NCBI GenBank assembly: GCA_045657105.1
Contig: JAZOSN010000059.1
Coordinates: 196 to 64,195 of the forward strand
Source of the DNA: Eubacteriales bacterium
Lineage (GTDB): Bacteria; Bacillota; Clostridia; Oscillospirales; CAG-272
Length of the DNA stretch: 64,000 nt
Reading direction: 5' to 3'
Translations under genes and position numbers: made by a program
Part shown: piece after piece, positions 48,323 to 57,002 of the stretch
Layout of the letters: every line of letters begins with the position of its first letter
Numbering within the stretch: position 1 is the stretch's first letter
Notes under the pieces: model-generated
Told to the model about the DNA's origin: nothing
The model's database searches: none
Seen by the model: only the letters and a program-made list of their open reading frames with translations

Positions 48323-49234
48323 ATGATAATCAAGAATATTTGCGACACAGAGCCTTTTGATCTCGGGCACTTAACGGTAGCGCTCGGAAATTTTGACGGT
48401 GTGCATTTTGCACATACACAGCTTATAAAAAAAGCCAAAGAGATCGCATCCTCGCTCTGCACGGCGGCGGGAGAAAAAACTCTCTCCGCCGTTTTTACTT
48501 TTTCAGATCTGAAAAAGCCGTATATTACGACCTGCGACGAAAAGCTGAAAGTCTTTGAGAAGCTCGGTATTGACGCCGTGGTTTTATGCCCATTTGACAG
48601 CGTAAAGGATATGTCACCTGAGCAGTTTGCGCGTGACGTGCTCGTTAAAAAGCTTTCCTGCATTCACGCCGTATGCGGATTTAATTACCGCTTCGGCAAG
48701 GGTGCCGTCGGGGATTTTTCCACGCTCAGTTCTCTTTCCGAAAAGCTCGGATTTGCCTGCACGGTCGTAGATGAAATACCGGGCGTAAGCTCTACGAGAA
48801 TACGCGAGCTTATCGCTTTGGGCGATATTCAGAATGCAAACGATCTGCTCGGCAGACCTTTTTCTCTGACGGGAAGGATAATTCGCGGCAAGGGCGTCGG
48901 ACACACGTTCGGCTTCCCGACGCTTAATATCGACGTTCCCGACGGGAAACTGCTTCCTGCACGAGGGGTTTATTTCACGACCTGCAAGATAGGCGAGTCG
49001 CTCTACCCGTCAATTGCCAACATCGGAGTTTGTCCGACGTTCGGCGGAGAAAAGACGACCTGCGAAATACACCTGCTCGACGTTAGCTGCGAGCTTTACG
49101 GTGAATTTGCCGAGGTTGAGTTTTTACGTTTCAGACGGAGCGAAATAAAATTCTCCTCACCCGAGGAGCTTTATAAGACCGTAAGCGAGGACGTCCTTGC
49201 GGCAAGGGATTTTTACCTTTACAAAACACTTTAA
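48323..49234 (+). CDS. ribF: Bifunctional riboflavin kinase / FMN adenylyltransferase
   Basis: GNFDGVHFAHTQLI (FAD synthetase motif). GISSTRIR-like VSSTRIRELI. C-terminal riboflavin kinase GRIIRGKGVGHTFGFPTLNI. Confidence 0.9.
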   Translation: MIIKNICDTEPFDLGHLTVALGNFDGVHFAHTQLIKKAKEIASSLCTAAGEKTLSAVFTFSDLKKPYITTCDEKLKVFEKLGIDAVVLCPFDSVKDMSPEQFARDVLVKKLSCIHAVCGFNYRFGKGAVGDFSTLSSLSEKLGFACTVVDEIPGVSSTRIRELIALGDIQNANDLLGRPFSLTGRIIRGKGVGHTFGFPTLNIDVPDGKLLPARGVYFTTCKIGESLYPSIANIGVCPTFGGEKTTCEIHLLDVSCELYGEFAEVEFLRFRRSEIKFSSPEELYKTVSEDVLAARDFYLYKTL

Positions 49235-49264
49235 AGAAAAAACAACGAAAAGGAGGAGAAAAGT

Positions 49265-50650
49265 ATGAAAACAAAAAAAGCGCTTCGGATCGTCCTTGCG
49301 ATCGCGCTCACACTTACTTTTATGCTATCTCTTTCCTTTTCCTCAAACGCGGAAGGCGAACTGACTTACAGTGAGGCAGTCGCGGCGTTCAAGGCAGATA
49401 TGGCGGATCCTACCCATATAGATTCGGTAAGCTCTGCATATCTCTACTGTGTTTCAACCGAAACCGTTCTTCTTTCGTTTGATGCATCTCCCGACGTCCG
49501 TGAGGCGCCTGCCGATACCGCAAAGCTTCTCACAGCACTGACCGCGTACGACCTTATCGATGCGCTTTCCGAGGAGGACATTGAAACCGACCTCGCAACC
49601 AAGGTGAGGATCACACAAAAAATGATAAACGAATCTCCGGGTTCGAGATACGGATACAAAAACGGCGACTACGCCACCTATTCGGATCTGATCTGCACGA
49701 TGCTTATGCGTAATGCGGACGATTCGGCTACCGCTCTTGCATACACGCTCTGCGGAAATATGATCGATTTCGCGCACAAAATGAACGAAAAAGCCGCAGA
49801 GATCGGAATGACAAGCAGTACCTTCACAAACGCGACCGGTGCACACGACGACAGAATGAAAACGACCGCAAGGGACATATTTATTCTTTCGAACGAGTTT
49901 TACAAAAACGAAAAGCTTATGAGCTACGTCGGATCGCGCTACATCAGACTTGATGCAGGCAATCTCGTTTTCAGTAACAACTATCTCGTGAGTGAATACT
50001 ATAACTCAACCGGCAAGGATTACCGCGACAGCTCGGTAAACGGAATGATCGTCGGAAGATCTGCCGCAGAGGGCGACGTTATCGTTCGCTCGGCAAACTA
50101 TAACGGCTACGAGTATATCTGTGTAGTTCTCGGAGCAAAACGCGACGGTCACCTTCTCTACTCCTACGAGGTATCAAACGAGCTTATCAAATGGGGCTCG
50201 AAAAATTATTCCTTTTTAAATCTTCTGAGCACAAAAACTCCGGTAGCTTCCATGCCGGTAAAGAGTGCAAGAGAAACCGACACGGTCCCTCTGGTGCCCT
50301 CTGAAAATCTTTCAAAGTTTATGCTAACAAACGCCTACACAAGCGGAAGGCTCACAAAAGAGGTAACTCTGAATGTTGAAGGTCTGAAAGCTCCGGTTGC
50401 GGCAGGCACCGAGGTTGGAGAGATCGCGCTCTATTTCGACGGCGAGCTTATCGCAAAAAGCACACTCAGAACGGCGTTTGAGCTGACCGAAAACACGACG
50501 AGCTCGATGATCGTTTCTTTCTGGGAGATTATTTCCTCAAAAAAAGCGATAAGCACATATATCGCACTTGCCGCCTGTGTTTCGCTCTACGTTCTCATAA
50601 ATTCGATAATAAGACACCGCCGCAAGATCAAACGCGAGGGTGCCGCATAA
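49265..50650 (+). CDS. Peptidase S11 (PBP5/DacB-like) homolog with all three active-site motifs substituted; C-terminal TM anchor
   Basis: Signal peptide. Collinear by eye with Bacillus PBP5 (KMNEKAAEIGMTSSTFTNATGAHDD versus [24 protein letters not shown]). However, SxxK reads ADTAK, SGN reads RNAD and KTG reads IVG. Confidence 0.7.
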   Translation: MKTKKALRIVLAIALTLTFMLSLSFSSNAEGELTYSEAVAAFKADMADPTHIDSVSSAYLYCVSTETVLLSFDASPDVREAPADTAKLLTALTAYDLIDALSEEDIETDLATKVRITQKMINESPGSRYGYKNGDYATYSDLICTMLMRNADDSATALAYTLCGNMIDFAHKMNEKAAEIGMTSSTFTNATGAHDDRMKTTARDIFILSNEFYKNEKLMSYVGSRYIRLDAGNLVFSNNYLVSEYYNSTGKDYRDSSVNGMIVGRSAAEGDVIVRSANYNGYEYICVVLGAKRDGHLLYSYEVSNELIKWGSKNYSFLNLLSTKTPVASMPVKSARETDTVPLVPSENLSKFMLTNAYTSGRLTKEVTLNVEGLKAPVAAGTEVGEIALYFDGELIAKSTLRTAFELTENTTSSMIVSFWEIISSKKAISTYIALAACVSLYVLINSIIRHRRKIKREGAA

Positions 50651-50692
50651 AATAAATAAAAACAGGATATTAAAACAAAAAGGAAAACAGTT

Positions 50693-51328
50693 ATGTTCGA
50701 AACTATCAAAGAAGATATTGCCGCGATAAAAAACCGCGACCCTGCGGCGCGCTCAAGCCTCGAAATAATGCTTCTCTATTCGGGCTACAAGGCGATTCGC
50801 TCGTACAGACTCGCACACTGGCTCCATAATCACGGATTTATTTTTCTCGCCCGTTGGGTATCTCAGCGTTGTGTGAGAAAGACCAATATTGAGATCCACC
50901 CCGCCGCAAAGATCGGCAGAAGAGTCTTTATCGACCACGGAACAGGCGTTGTCATAGGCGAAACCGCAGTCGTCGGAGATGACTGCACGATCTATCAGGG
51001 CGTCACCCTCGGCGGTACGGGTAAGGACAAGGGAAAGCGTCACCCGACGCTCGGAAACGGCGTTATGGTCGGAGCCGGAGCAAAGGTGCTCGGACCTATA
51101 AACATCGGTGACAACACCAGAATTGCCGCAGGTGCGGTAGTTTTATCTGACACCCCGAGCGACTGCACGGCAGTCGGCGTTCCTGCAAGAGTGGTGCGCG
51201 TTGGCGGCGAGAAGGTTAAAAATCTCGACCAGATTCACGTATCCGACCCTGTTTCTCAGGAGCTCTGCCGTCTTGAGCATCGCATATCAGAGCTCGAAAA
51301 GCAGCTTAAAGAGGCAAAGGGCGAGTAA
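50693..51328 (+). CDS. cysE: Serine O-acetyltransferase
   Basis: DIAAIKNRDPAARSSLEIMLLYSGYKAIRSYRLAHWL plus hexapeptide repeats IHPAAKIGRRVFIDHGTGVVIGETAVVGDDCTIYQGVTLGG. Confidence 0.9.
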   Translation: MFETIKEDIAAIKNRDPAARSSLEIMLLYSGYKAIRSYRLAHWLHNHGFIFLARWVSQRCVRKTNIEIHPAAKIGRRVFIDHGTGVVIGETAVVGDDCTIYQGVTLGGTGKDKGKRHPTLGNGVMVGAGAKVLGPINIGDNTRIAAGAVVLSDTPSDCTAVGVPARVVRVGGEKVKNLDQIHVSDPVSQELCRLEHRISELEKQLKEAKGE

Positions 51329-51343
51329 GGCTCAGGGGTTCCA

Positions 51344-51564
51344 CAAGGGCTCTGCCCTTGACCCGCCAAAACCCTTTTTGTAAAAGGGGTTTTAGATTCC
51401 CAAAAACTTTAATAAAAATTACCGCAAGGGATAAAATTCTCTTGCGGTTTTTATTTAGTGAAAGGAACGCTCAGGTTTTCCCCCCCCGCTCAGGGTTTAA
51501 CCCCTGAGAACCCCACTTAAACCCTTTTTGAAAAAAGGGTTTAAGAATCCCAAAAACTTTTATT
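51344..51564. repeat. REP-like hairpin repeats of the same family as 27132-27302
   Basis: Units are AAAACCCTTTTTGTAAAAGGGGTTTT plus the tail AGATTCCCAAAAACTTTA (51368-51411) and CTTAAACCCTTTTTGAAAAAAGGGTTTAAG plus the tail AATCCCAAAAACTTTT (51516-51562). Small GC hairpins lie at 51344-51360 and 51490-51508. Confidence 0.5.
51421..51456 (+). terminator. Probable cysE terminator
   Basis: ACCGCAAGgGataaaattCtCTTGCGGT followed by TTTTATTT. Confidence 0.5.
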
Positions 51565-51602
51565 ACACGGTTAAGATAAATGACAACTTGGACATAGCAC
51601 AA

Positions 51603-51631
51603 AGAAATCGCACCCTTTCGGGTGCGATTTC
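51603..51631 (-). terminator. Second (back-up) terminator downstream of the PFOR gene
   Basis: GAAATCGCACCC-tttc-GGGTGCGATTTC, with a T-rich run on the minus strand. Confidence 0.5.
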
Positions 51632-51723
51632 TTGCTAAACGACGCTTCGCACGAGATTTTTGTTTTTTGTTCATTTGCGCAAGCAAATGTACCTATCAGA
51701 AATTCGACTTTATCCGAAGGGCG

Positions 51724-51752
51724 CAAAAAAACTCGCCCGAAGGCGAGTTTTT
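51724..51752 (-). terminator. Primary rho-independent terminator of the PFOR gene
   Basis: The minus strand reads AAAAACTCGCC-ttcg-GGCGAGTTTTTTTGC, about 28 nt after the stop at 51780. Confidence 0.7.
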
Positions 51753-51779
51753 CTTGCTAAACGACGCTTGCGTCGTTTT

Positions 51780-54700
51780 TTATTCGTAGAGCTTACCGAT
51801 CTTGGTGAGTCTGTCGTACTTAGCCTTTGCATTAGCCTCTGCCTGAGCGAAGAGCTTCTCTGCTCTCTCAGGGAATGCCTGAGCAAGACGTGTATAACGT
51901 GCTTCACCGTTGATGAATTCCTTGTAATCAGCAGTGGGCTCCTTGCTGTCGAGAACGAACTTCGTTTCTGCGGCAGGATTGTATCTGAACATATGCCAGT
52001 AGCCTGCATCAACAGCCTTCTTCATCTCTGCCTGGCAGTTAGCCATACCGCCCTTGATCGAGTGCATTTCGCAAGGTGCGTAGCCGATGATAAGCGAAGG
52101 TCCGGGATATGCCTCAGCCTCGGAAATTGCTTTGAGAGTCTGGTTCATATCTGCGCCCATAGCGATCTGTGCAACGTAAACGTAGCCGTAGGACATTGCG
52201 ATCTCTGCAAGGTTCTTCTTGCCAATTGCCTTACCTGCTGCTGCGAACTGTGCAACCTGTCCGACCTGCGAAGCCTTCGAAGCCTGTCCGCCGGTGTTCG
52301 TGTAAACCTCGGTATCGAATACCATTACGTTTACGTCCTCACCCGATGCGAGTACGTGGTCAAGACCGCCGAAGCCGATGTCGTATGCCCAACCGTCACC
52401 ACCGAAGATCCAAACTGCCTTCTTGGAGAGGTACTGCTTCTCTGCGAGAATCTTGGGAGCTACGGGGCAACCTGCCTCTGCCGCCTTTTCAAGCTCGATA
52501 ACGAGTGCCTTGGTAGCTTCCTGGTTCTTAGAACCGTCATCCTTAGTAGCGAGATAGTTCTCTGCCGCTGCCTTGAACTCTGCGGAAGCCTTATCGGATG
52601 CTGCCATTTCCTCTACCATACCGATAAGCTTTTCGCGAATGGTCTTCTGACCGATATACATACCAAGACCGTGCTCAGCGTTATCCTCGAAGAGCGAGTT
52701 AGCCCAAGCTACGCCGTATCCGGATTCCTTGTTTACAGTGTAAGGAGTTGCGGGAGCCGATCCACCCCAGATGGAAGAACATCCGGTAGCATTCGAAACG
52801 TACATTCTCTCACCGAAGAGCTGGGTGATAAGACGAGCGTAAGAGGTTTCTGCACAACCTGCGCAAGAGCCCGAGTACTCGAGAAGGGGCTGCTTGAACT
52901 GCGATCCCTTAACGGTAACGTTGATAAGCTCCTTCTTCTCTGCGACCTTTGCAACTGCATAGTCGTAAGCCTCCTGCTGGTCGAGCTGAGTAGCGATAGG
53001 CTTCATCTCGATAGCGGTGCCGAGCTTTTCGTTCTTATTTACAGGGCACGCCTTTACGCAGAGCGTACAACCCATACAGTCAAGAGGCGAAACTGCCATA
53101 GTGAACTTGTATGCGGTCTTGATAACAGGCTTGCCTGCGAACTTGGTAACTGCGGGAGCTGCAGCCGCTTCCTCTTCGGTCATAGCGAAGGGACGGATAC
53201 AAGCGTGAGGACATACGAAAGCACAGTTGTTACACTGGATACAGTGCTCGGGATTCCACTGAGGAACCGAAACTGCAACGCCTCTCTTCTCGTATGCCGC
53301 GGAGCCCTGCGGGAAGGTACCGTCTGCATACTTAGCGAAGGTAGCAACGCTGAGCGAGTCACCCTGCATCTTGCCAACGGGAACAACGACATCGTTTACG
53401 AACTCAACGAGGTCATCTCTGGTTCCGGTAGCCTTAGCCGAAGGAGCGGTTTCGCCTGCATTTGCCCAAGCGGCGGGAACGTCAACCTTGGTAAGAGCGT
53501 CCTTACCTGCGTCGATAGCGGCATAGTTGAGGTCAACGATTGCCTGTCCCTTCTTTATGTAGGACTTGTATGCTGCCTTCTTCATGTACTCGATAGCCTC
53601 GTCGATAGGAAGGATCTTTGCGAGTGCGAAGAATGCGGACTGAAGAACGGTGTTCTTAACCTTTGCATTACCGAGGTCGATAGCGATCTTGGTAGCATTG
53701 ATGGTGTAGAACTCAATATTATTCTTAGCGATGTAGGTCTTAACCGATGCAGGAAGGTTAGCATCAAGCTCCTCTGCATTCCAAGGGCAGTCGAGAAGGA
53801 ATCTTCCGCCCGGCTTAACGTCGCTGATCATATCGTACTTTTTGAGGTACGCGTTGTTGTGGCAAGCAACGAAGTCTGCCTTATTGATGTAGTAAGAAGA
53901 CTTGATGGGGCTATCACCGAAACGAAGGTGAGAAATGGTGATACCGGAGGTCTTCTTGGAGTCATACTGGAAGTATGCCTGAATGTACTTGTCAGTGTGG
54001 TCACCGATGATCTTGATGGAGTTCTTGTTAGCACCAACGGTACCGTCGCCGCCGAGTCCCCAGAACTTGCACTGGATCATATCAACGGGAGCGGTGTTAG
54101 GAGCAGCTATCTCGGTAAGAGAGTGTCCGGTAAGGTCGTCTACGATACCGATAGTGAAGTGGTTCTTCTGCTCGCCTGCCATGTTTGCATATACTGCGAA
54201 GATCGAAGCAGGGGTGGTGTCCTTGGATCCAAGTCCGTATCTGCCGCCGAGAACCTTAATGCTTCTGCCGCACTCGTTAAGACCTGCAACTACGTCGAGG
54301 TAGAGAGGCTCGCCGAGAGAGCCGGGTTCCTTGGTTCTGTCGAGAACCGAAATAACCTTTGCGCTTGCAGGAATAGCCTCAGCAAGCTTCTCTGCAACGA
54401 AAGGTCTGTAAAGACGAACCTTAACAAGACCAACCTTCTCGCCCTTAGCCATAAGGTAATCTACAACTTCCTCTGCAACGTCGCAAACAGAGCCCATAGC
54501 GATAATAACGCGCTCTGCATCGGGTGCGCCGTAGTAGTTGAAGAGCTTGTAGTTGGTACCGAGCTTCTCGTTTACCTTGTCCATGTACTCCTCAACGATT
54601 GCGGGAAGTGCATCGTAGTAGGGGTTGCAGGACTCTCTGTGCTGGAAGAAGATGTCGCCGTTTTCAGCAGATCCGCGAAGAACGGGAGCAGTTTCAGGGT

Positions 54701-55349
54701 TGAGAGATCTGTTACGGAAAGCAGCAACTGCATCCCAGTCAAGCATCTCTGCAAGATCCTTGTAATCCCAAGCAGCAACCTTGGTGATCTCGTGAGAGGT
54801 ACGGAAGCCGTCAAAGAAGTTGAGGAAAGGAACTCTGCCCTTGATGGTTGCAAGGTGTGCAACTGCACCGAGGTCCATAACCTCCTGACCGTTAGACTCA
54901 GCCATCATTGCGAAACCGGTCTGACGGCAAGCATATACGTCGGAGTGATCTCCGAAAATATTGAGCGCGTGGGAAGCAACGCATCTTGCGGAAACGTGAA
55001 TTACGCAAGGGAGAAGCTCACCGGCGATCTTGTACATGTTCGGGATCATAAGAAGAAGACCCTGAGATGCGGTGTAGGTGGTGGTGAATGCGCCGGCTGC
55101 GAGAGAACCGTGAACTGTACCTGCAGCTCCTGCCTCAGACTGCATCTCTACAACCTTTACATTAGTGCCGAACACGTTCTTTGCAGGCTCGCCAAAAATG
55201 TTCTTGTTAGATGCCGACCAAGTGTCGGTAACCTCAGCCATGTTGGATGAAGGGGTGATGGGATAAATACCCGCTACCTCGGTGAACGCGTAAGAAACGT
55301 GCGCCGCGGCGGTATTACCGTCCATCGATACTTTTCTTCTGTTTATCAC
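51780..55349 (-). CDS. nifJ: Pyruvate:ferredoxin (flavodoxin) oxidoreductase, single-chain
   Basis: MDGNTAAAHVSYAFTEVAGIYPITPSS. Ferredoxin domain CIQCNNCAFVCPHA...CMGCTLCVKACP. TPP motif GGDGWAYDIGFGGLDH. 1189 aa. GTG start with GGAGG 9 nt upstream. Confidence 0.95.
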   Translation of the reverse strand: MINRRKVSMDGNTAAAHVSYAFTEVAGIYPITPSSNMAEVTDTWSASNKNIFGEPAKNVFGTNVKVVEMQSEAGAAGTVHGSLAAGAFTTTYTASQGLLLMIPNMYKIAGELLPCVIHVSARCVASHALNIFGDHSDVYACRQTGFAMMAESNGQEVMDLGAVAHLATIKGRVPFLNFFDGFRTSHEITKVAAWDYKDLAEMLDWDAVAAFRNRSLNPETAPVLRGSAENGDIFFQHRESCNPYYDALPAIVEEYMDKVNEKLGTNYKLFNYYGAPDAERVIIAMGSVCDVAEEVVDYLMAKGEKVGLVKVRLYRPFVAEKLAEAIPASAKVISVLDRTKEPGSLGEPLYLDVVAGLNECGRSIKVLGGRYGLGSKDTTPASIFAVYANMAGEQKNHFTIGIVDDLTGHSLTEIAAPNTAPVDMIQCKFWGLGGDGTVGANKNSIKIIGDHTDKYIQAYFQYDSKKTSGITISHLRFGDSPIKSSYYINKADFVACHNNAYLKKYDMISDVKPGGRFLLDCPWNAEELDANLPASVKTYIAKNNIEFYTINATKIAIDLGNAKVKNTVLQSAFFALAKILPIDEAIEYMKKAAYKSYIKKGQAIVDLNYAAIDAGKDALTKVDVPAAWANAGETAPSAKATGTRDDLVEFVNDVVVPVGKMQGDSLSVATFAKYADGTFPQGSAAYEKRGVAVSVPQWNPEHCIQCNNCAFVCPHACIRPFAMTEEEAAAAPAVTKFAGKPVIKTAYKFTMAVSPLDCMGCTLCVKACPVNKNEKLGTAIEMKPIATQLDQQEAYDYAVAKVAEKKELINVTVKGSQFKQPLLEYSGSCAGCAETSYARLITQLFGERMYVSNATGCSSIWGGSAPATPYTVNKESGYGVAWANSLFEDNAEHGLGMYIGQKTIREKLIGMVEEMAASDKASAEFKAAAENYLATKDDGSKNQEATKALVIELEKAAEAGCPVAPKILAEKQYLSKKAVWIFGGDGWAYDIGFGGLDHVLASGEDVNVMVFDTEVYTNTGGQASKASQVGQVAQFAAAGKAIGKKNLAEIAMSYGYVYVAQIAMGADMNQTLKAISEAEAYPGPSLIIGYAPCEMHSIKGGMANCQAEMKKAVDAGYWHMFRYNPAAETKFVLDSKEPTADYKEFINGEARYTRLAQAFPERAEKLFAQAEANAKAKYDRLTKIGKLYE

Positions 55350-55569
55350 TTTGTGATACCTCCGGAAAATAATTTATTTTTCATACACCGTTATTTTATC
55401 ACTTTATCGTCGAAATGTAAAGACCTTTTGACAAATTTCTGACGCTTTTCTTTGTGAATTATTGATAAATTTTTTGTAAATTATAATTTTTATGGTAAAA
55501 AGTGATTGTCAAAATGAAAAAAAATGATAAAATTAAAGTAATCAAGTAATTTATGGAGGAAATATCCGT

Positions 55570-55818
55570 ATGCTTACAGTCGATACAGACAAAGCTCTCA
55601 CGACCGAAAAGTCGGGCACAAACGAAGCGGAGGCTAAGATCGAAGTCAGTGAAAATCTGAAAAATATAAATTCTCTTTTTTCTCAGCTGACCATCGCGGA
55701 GCTCGAGGACGCGATTCTCGTCACTCTCGACAGAAACGAAAAGATCCTTTACAGAACTCTGCTCAACCTTAAAATGCAGCTCGATCAGGAAAAGATAATC
55801 AACCAGACGCTTCTGTAA
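55570..55818 (+). CDS. Small coiled-coil protein, candidate antitoxin for the downstream zeta-like ATPase
   Basis: 82 aa. GGAGG RBS 9 nt upstream. Stop 34 nt before the zeta-like gene. The assignment is positional only. Confidence 0.4.
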   Translation: MLTVDTDKALTTEKSGTNEAEAKIEVSENLKNINSLFSQLTIAELEDAILVTLDRNEKILYRTLLNLKMQLDQEKIINQTLL

Positions 55819-55852
55819 TAAGTAAAAGACGTATATTGAGGTCACAGTCAAA

Positions 55853-56458
55853 ATGAACGAGATCCAAGCAAAACCCAACTATATAATATTTGCGGGAATA
55901 AACGGCGCGGGAAAGACCGCGCTGTACAACGTTCTCTCGCCAAGCACCGATCTCGGAGTCAGAGTGAGCGTTGATGATATTGCCGCCTCGCTCGGTGATT
56001 GGCGTGACACGCTCGTCCAGCTTAAAGCCGCGCGCGGTGCTATGCGCCTTCTCGCGGAGTCTATTGAAAAAAGAGTAAGTATAAATCAGGAAACGACTCT
56101 GCCCGGCGAAGCGATCGTACGCTATGCAAAGCAGGCGCGGGACGCGGGCTATAACATCATTCTCTATTTCGTTGGAATAGAGAATGTGGAAATGGCGATC
56201 GAACGCGTTCGTCAGAGAGTGGCAAACGGCGGTCACGGAATCGAAGAAGCGGTTATACGTAAGCGTTTTGACGCTATGTCCGGAAATCTCGCTCGTCTGC
56301 TTCCCTACTGTGACGTTGCCTATTTTTACGATAACTCACGAAAGTTCAGACAGGTCGCCGTAATGCGCGGCGGAGCCTTCGTCGATATGGACTCAAATCT
56401 TCCGCTCTGGCTCAAATGTGTGCCGGGCTCACCCGAATATACGGGAAACGTGGTATAA
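55853..56458 (+). CDS. Zeta-toxin/COG4185-type P-loop kinase
   Basis: YIIFAGINGAGKTALY (Walker A), INQETTL, NIILYFVGIENVEMAIERVRQRVANGGHGIEEAVIRKRF. Size (201 aa) and motif order fit the zeta/AAA_33 group. Confidence 0.6.
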   Translation: MNEIQAKPNYIIFAGINGAGKTALYNVLSPSTDLGVRVSVDDIAASLGDWRDTLVQLKAARGAMRLLAESIEKRVSINQETTLPGEAIVRYAKQARDAGYNIILYFVGIENVEMAIERVRQRVANGGHGIEEAVIRKRFDAMSGNLARLLPYCDVAYFYDNSRKFRQVAVMRGGAFVDMDSNLPLWLKCVPGSPEYTGNVV

Positions 56459-56460
56459 AG

Positions 56461-56495
56461 AAAATTGGGAAATTGCGGTGCAATTTCCCAATTTA
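56461..56495. terminator. Bidirectional terminator between convergent genes
   Basis: AAAATTGGGAAATTG-cggtg-CAATTTCCCAATTT. Confidence 0.6.
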
Positions 56496-56505
56496 TATAA
56501 TTTTA

Positions 56506-56985
56506 TCAGGCACCTATCAGAAGGATAAGTCCGAGAATGAGCATTATCTCATCGTCGTACTCGCCCGAGCTTCCGAGCATAAGAAGTCCTGTGAGCATCA
56601 TATCTTCAAGCGTCATACTGCGAAGGCTCGGCATCTCCGCCGTTTTTTCGTACGCGCCTACGCTCTCGCTCGGACTTTCTTCTACCGTTTCGGGAGTTTG
56701 ATCTTCCGAGGCGTCGGGTACCGACTCTGTCGGCGGTCTTTCGGGATATACCGACGCTGTATCCTCCTTTTCGGGAAGAAAATCCTTGGGTTCAATACGT
56801 ATTTTTTCGGTATCTGATCCTTCGTCAGTGACGGGAATATTTACCGCCCATCTCGGAAAGGTGTCCGAGTCACCTCGCGTGGCGGCACTCCCGACACCCG
56901 GAGCCTTCGCAGGCGTACTTTGGGGTGCCTGTGCAGCTCCTCTGCGCCCGACACGGTCGGTGCCGTAAAATTTTCTGCTATACAA
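56506..56985 (-). CDS. Hypothetical Pro/Glu/Ser-rich protein with hydrophobic C-terminus (159 aa)
   Basis: TTG start with GGAGGG 9 nt upstream. Third gene of a three-gene minus-strand unit. C-terminal MMLTGLLMLG...IMLILGLILLIGA. Confidence 0.45.
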   Translation of the reverse strand: MYSRKFYGTDRVGRRGAAQAPQSTPAKAPGVGSAATRGDSDTFPRWAVNIPVTDEGSDTEKIRIEPKDFLPEKEDTASVYPERPPTESVPDASEDQTPETVEESPSESVGAYEKTAEMPSLRSMTLEDMMLTGLLMLGSSGEYDDEIMLILGLILLIGA

Positions 56986-57002
56986 CTCCTCTCACCCTCC
57001 CG

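Noticed and set aside
51660-55250. 1196-aa plus-strand ORF spanning the whole PFOR locus
   Set aside because: It is exactly codon-aligned antisense to a gene with unmistakable PFOR motifs. The translated product is Cys/Leu/Val/Ser-rich low-information sequence with no RBS or motif. It stays open only because the sense gene avoids TTA, CTA and TCA codons.
55459-56236. Minus-strand ORFs (139 and 145 aa) overlapping the candidate antitoxin and zeta-like genes
   Set aside because: The plus-strand genes have RBSs and a Walker A or zeta-type motif set. The minus-strand ORFs lack RBSs and motifs and overlap each other.
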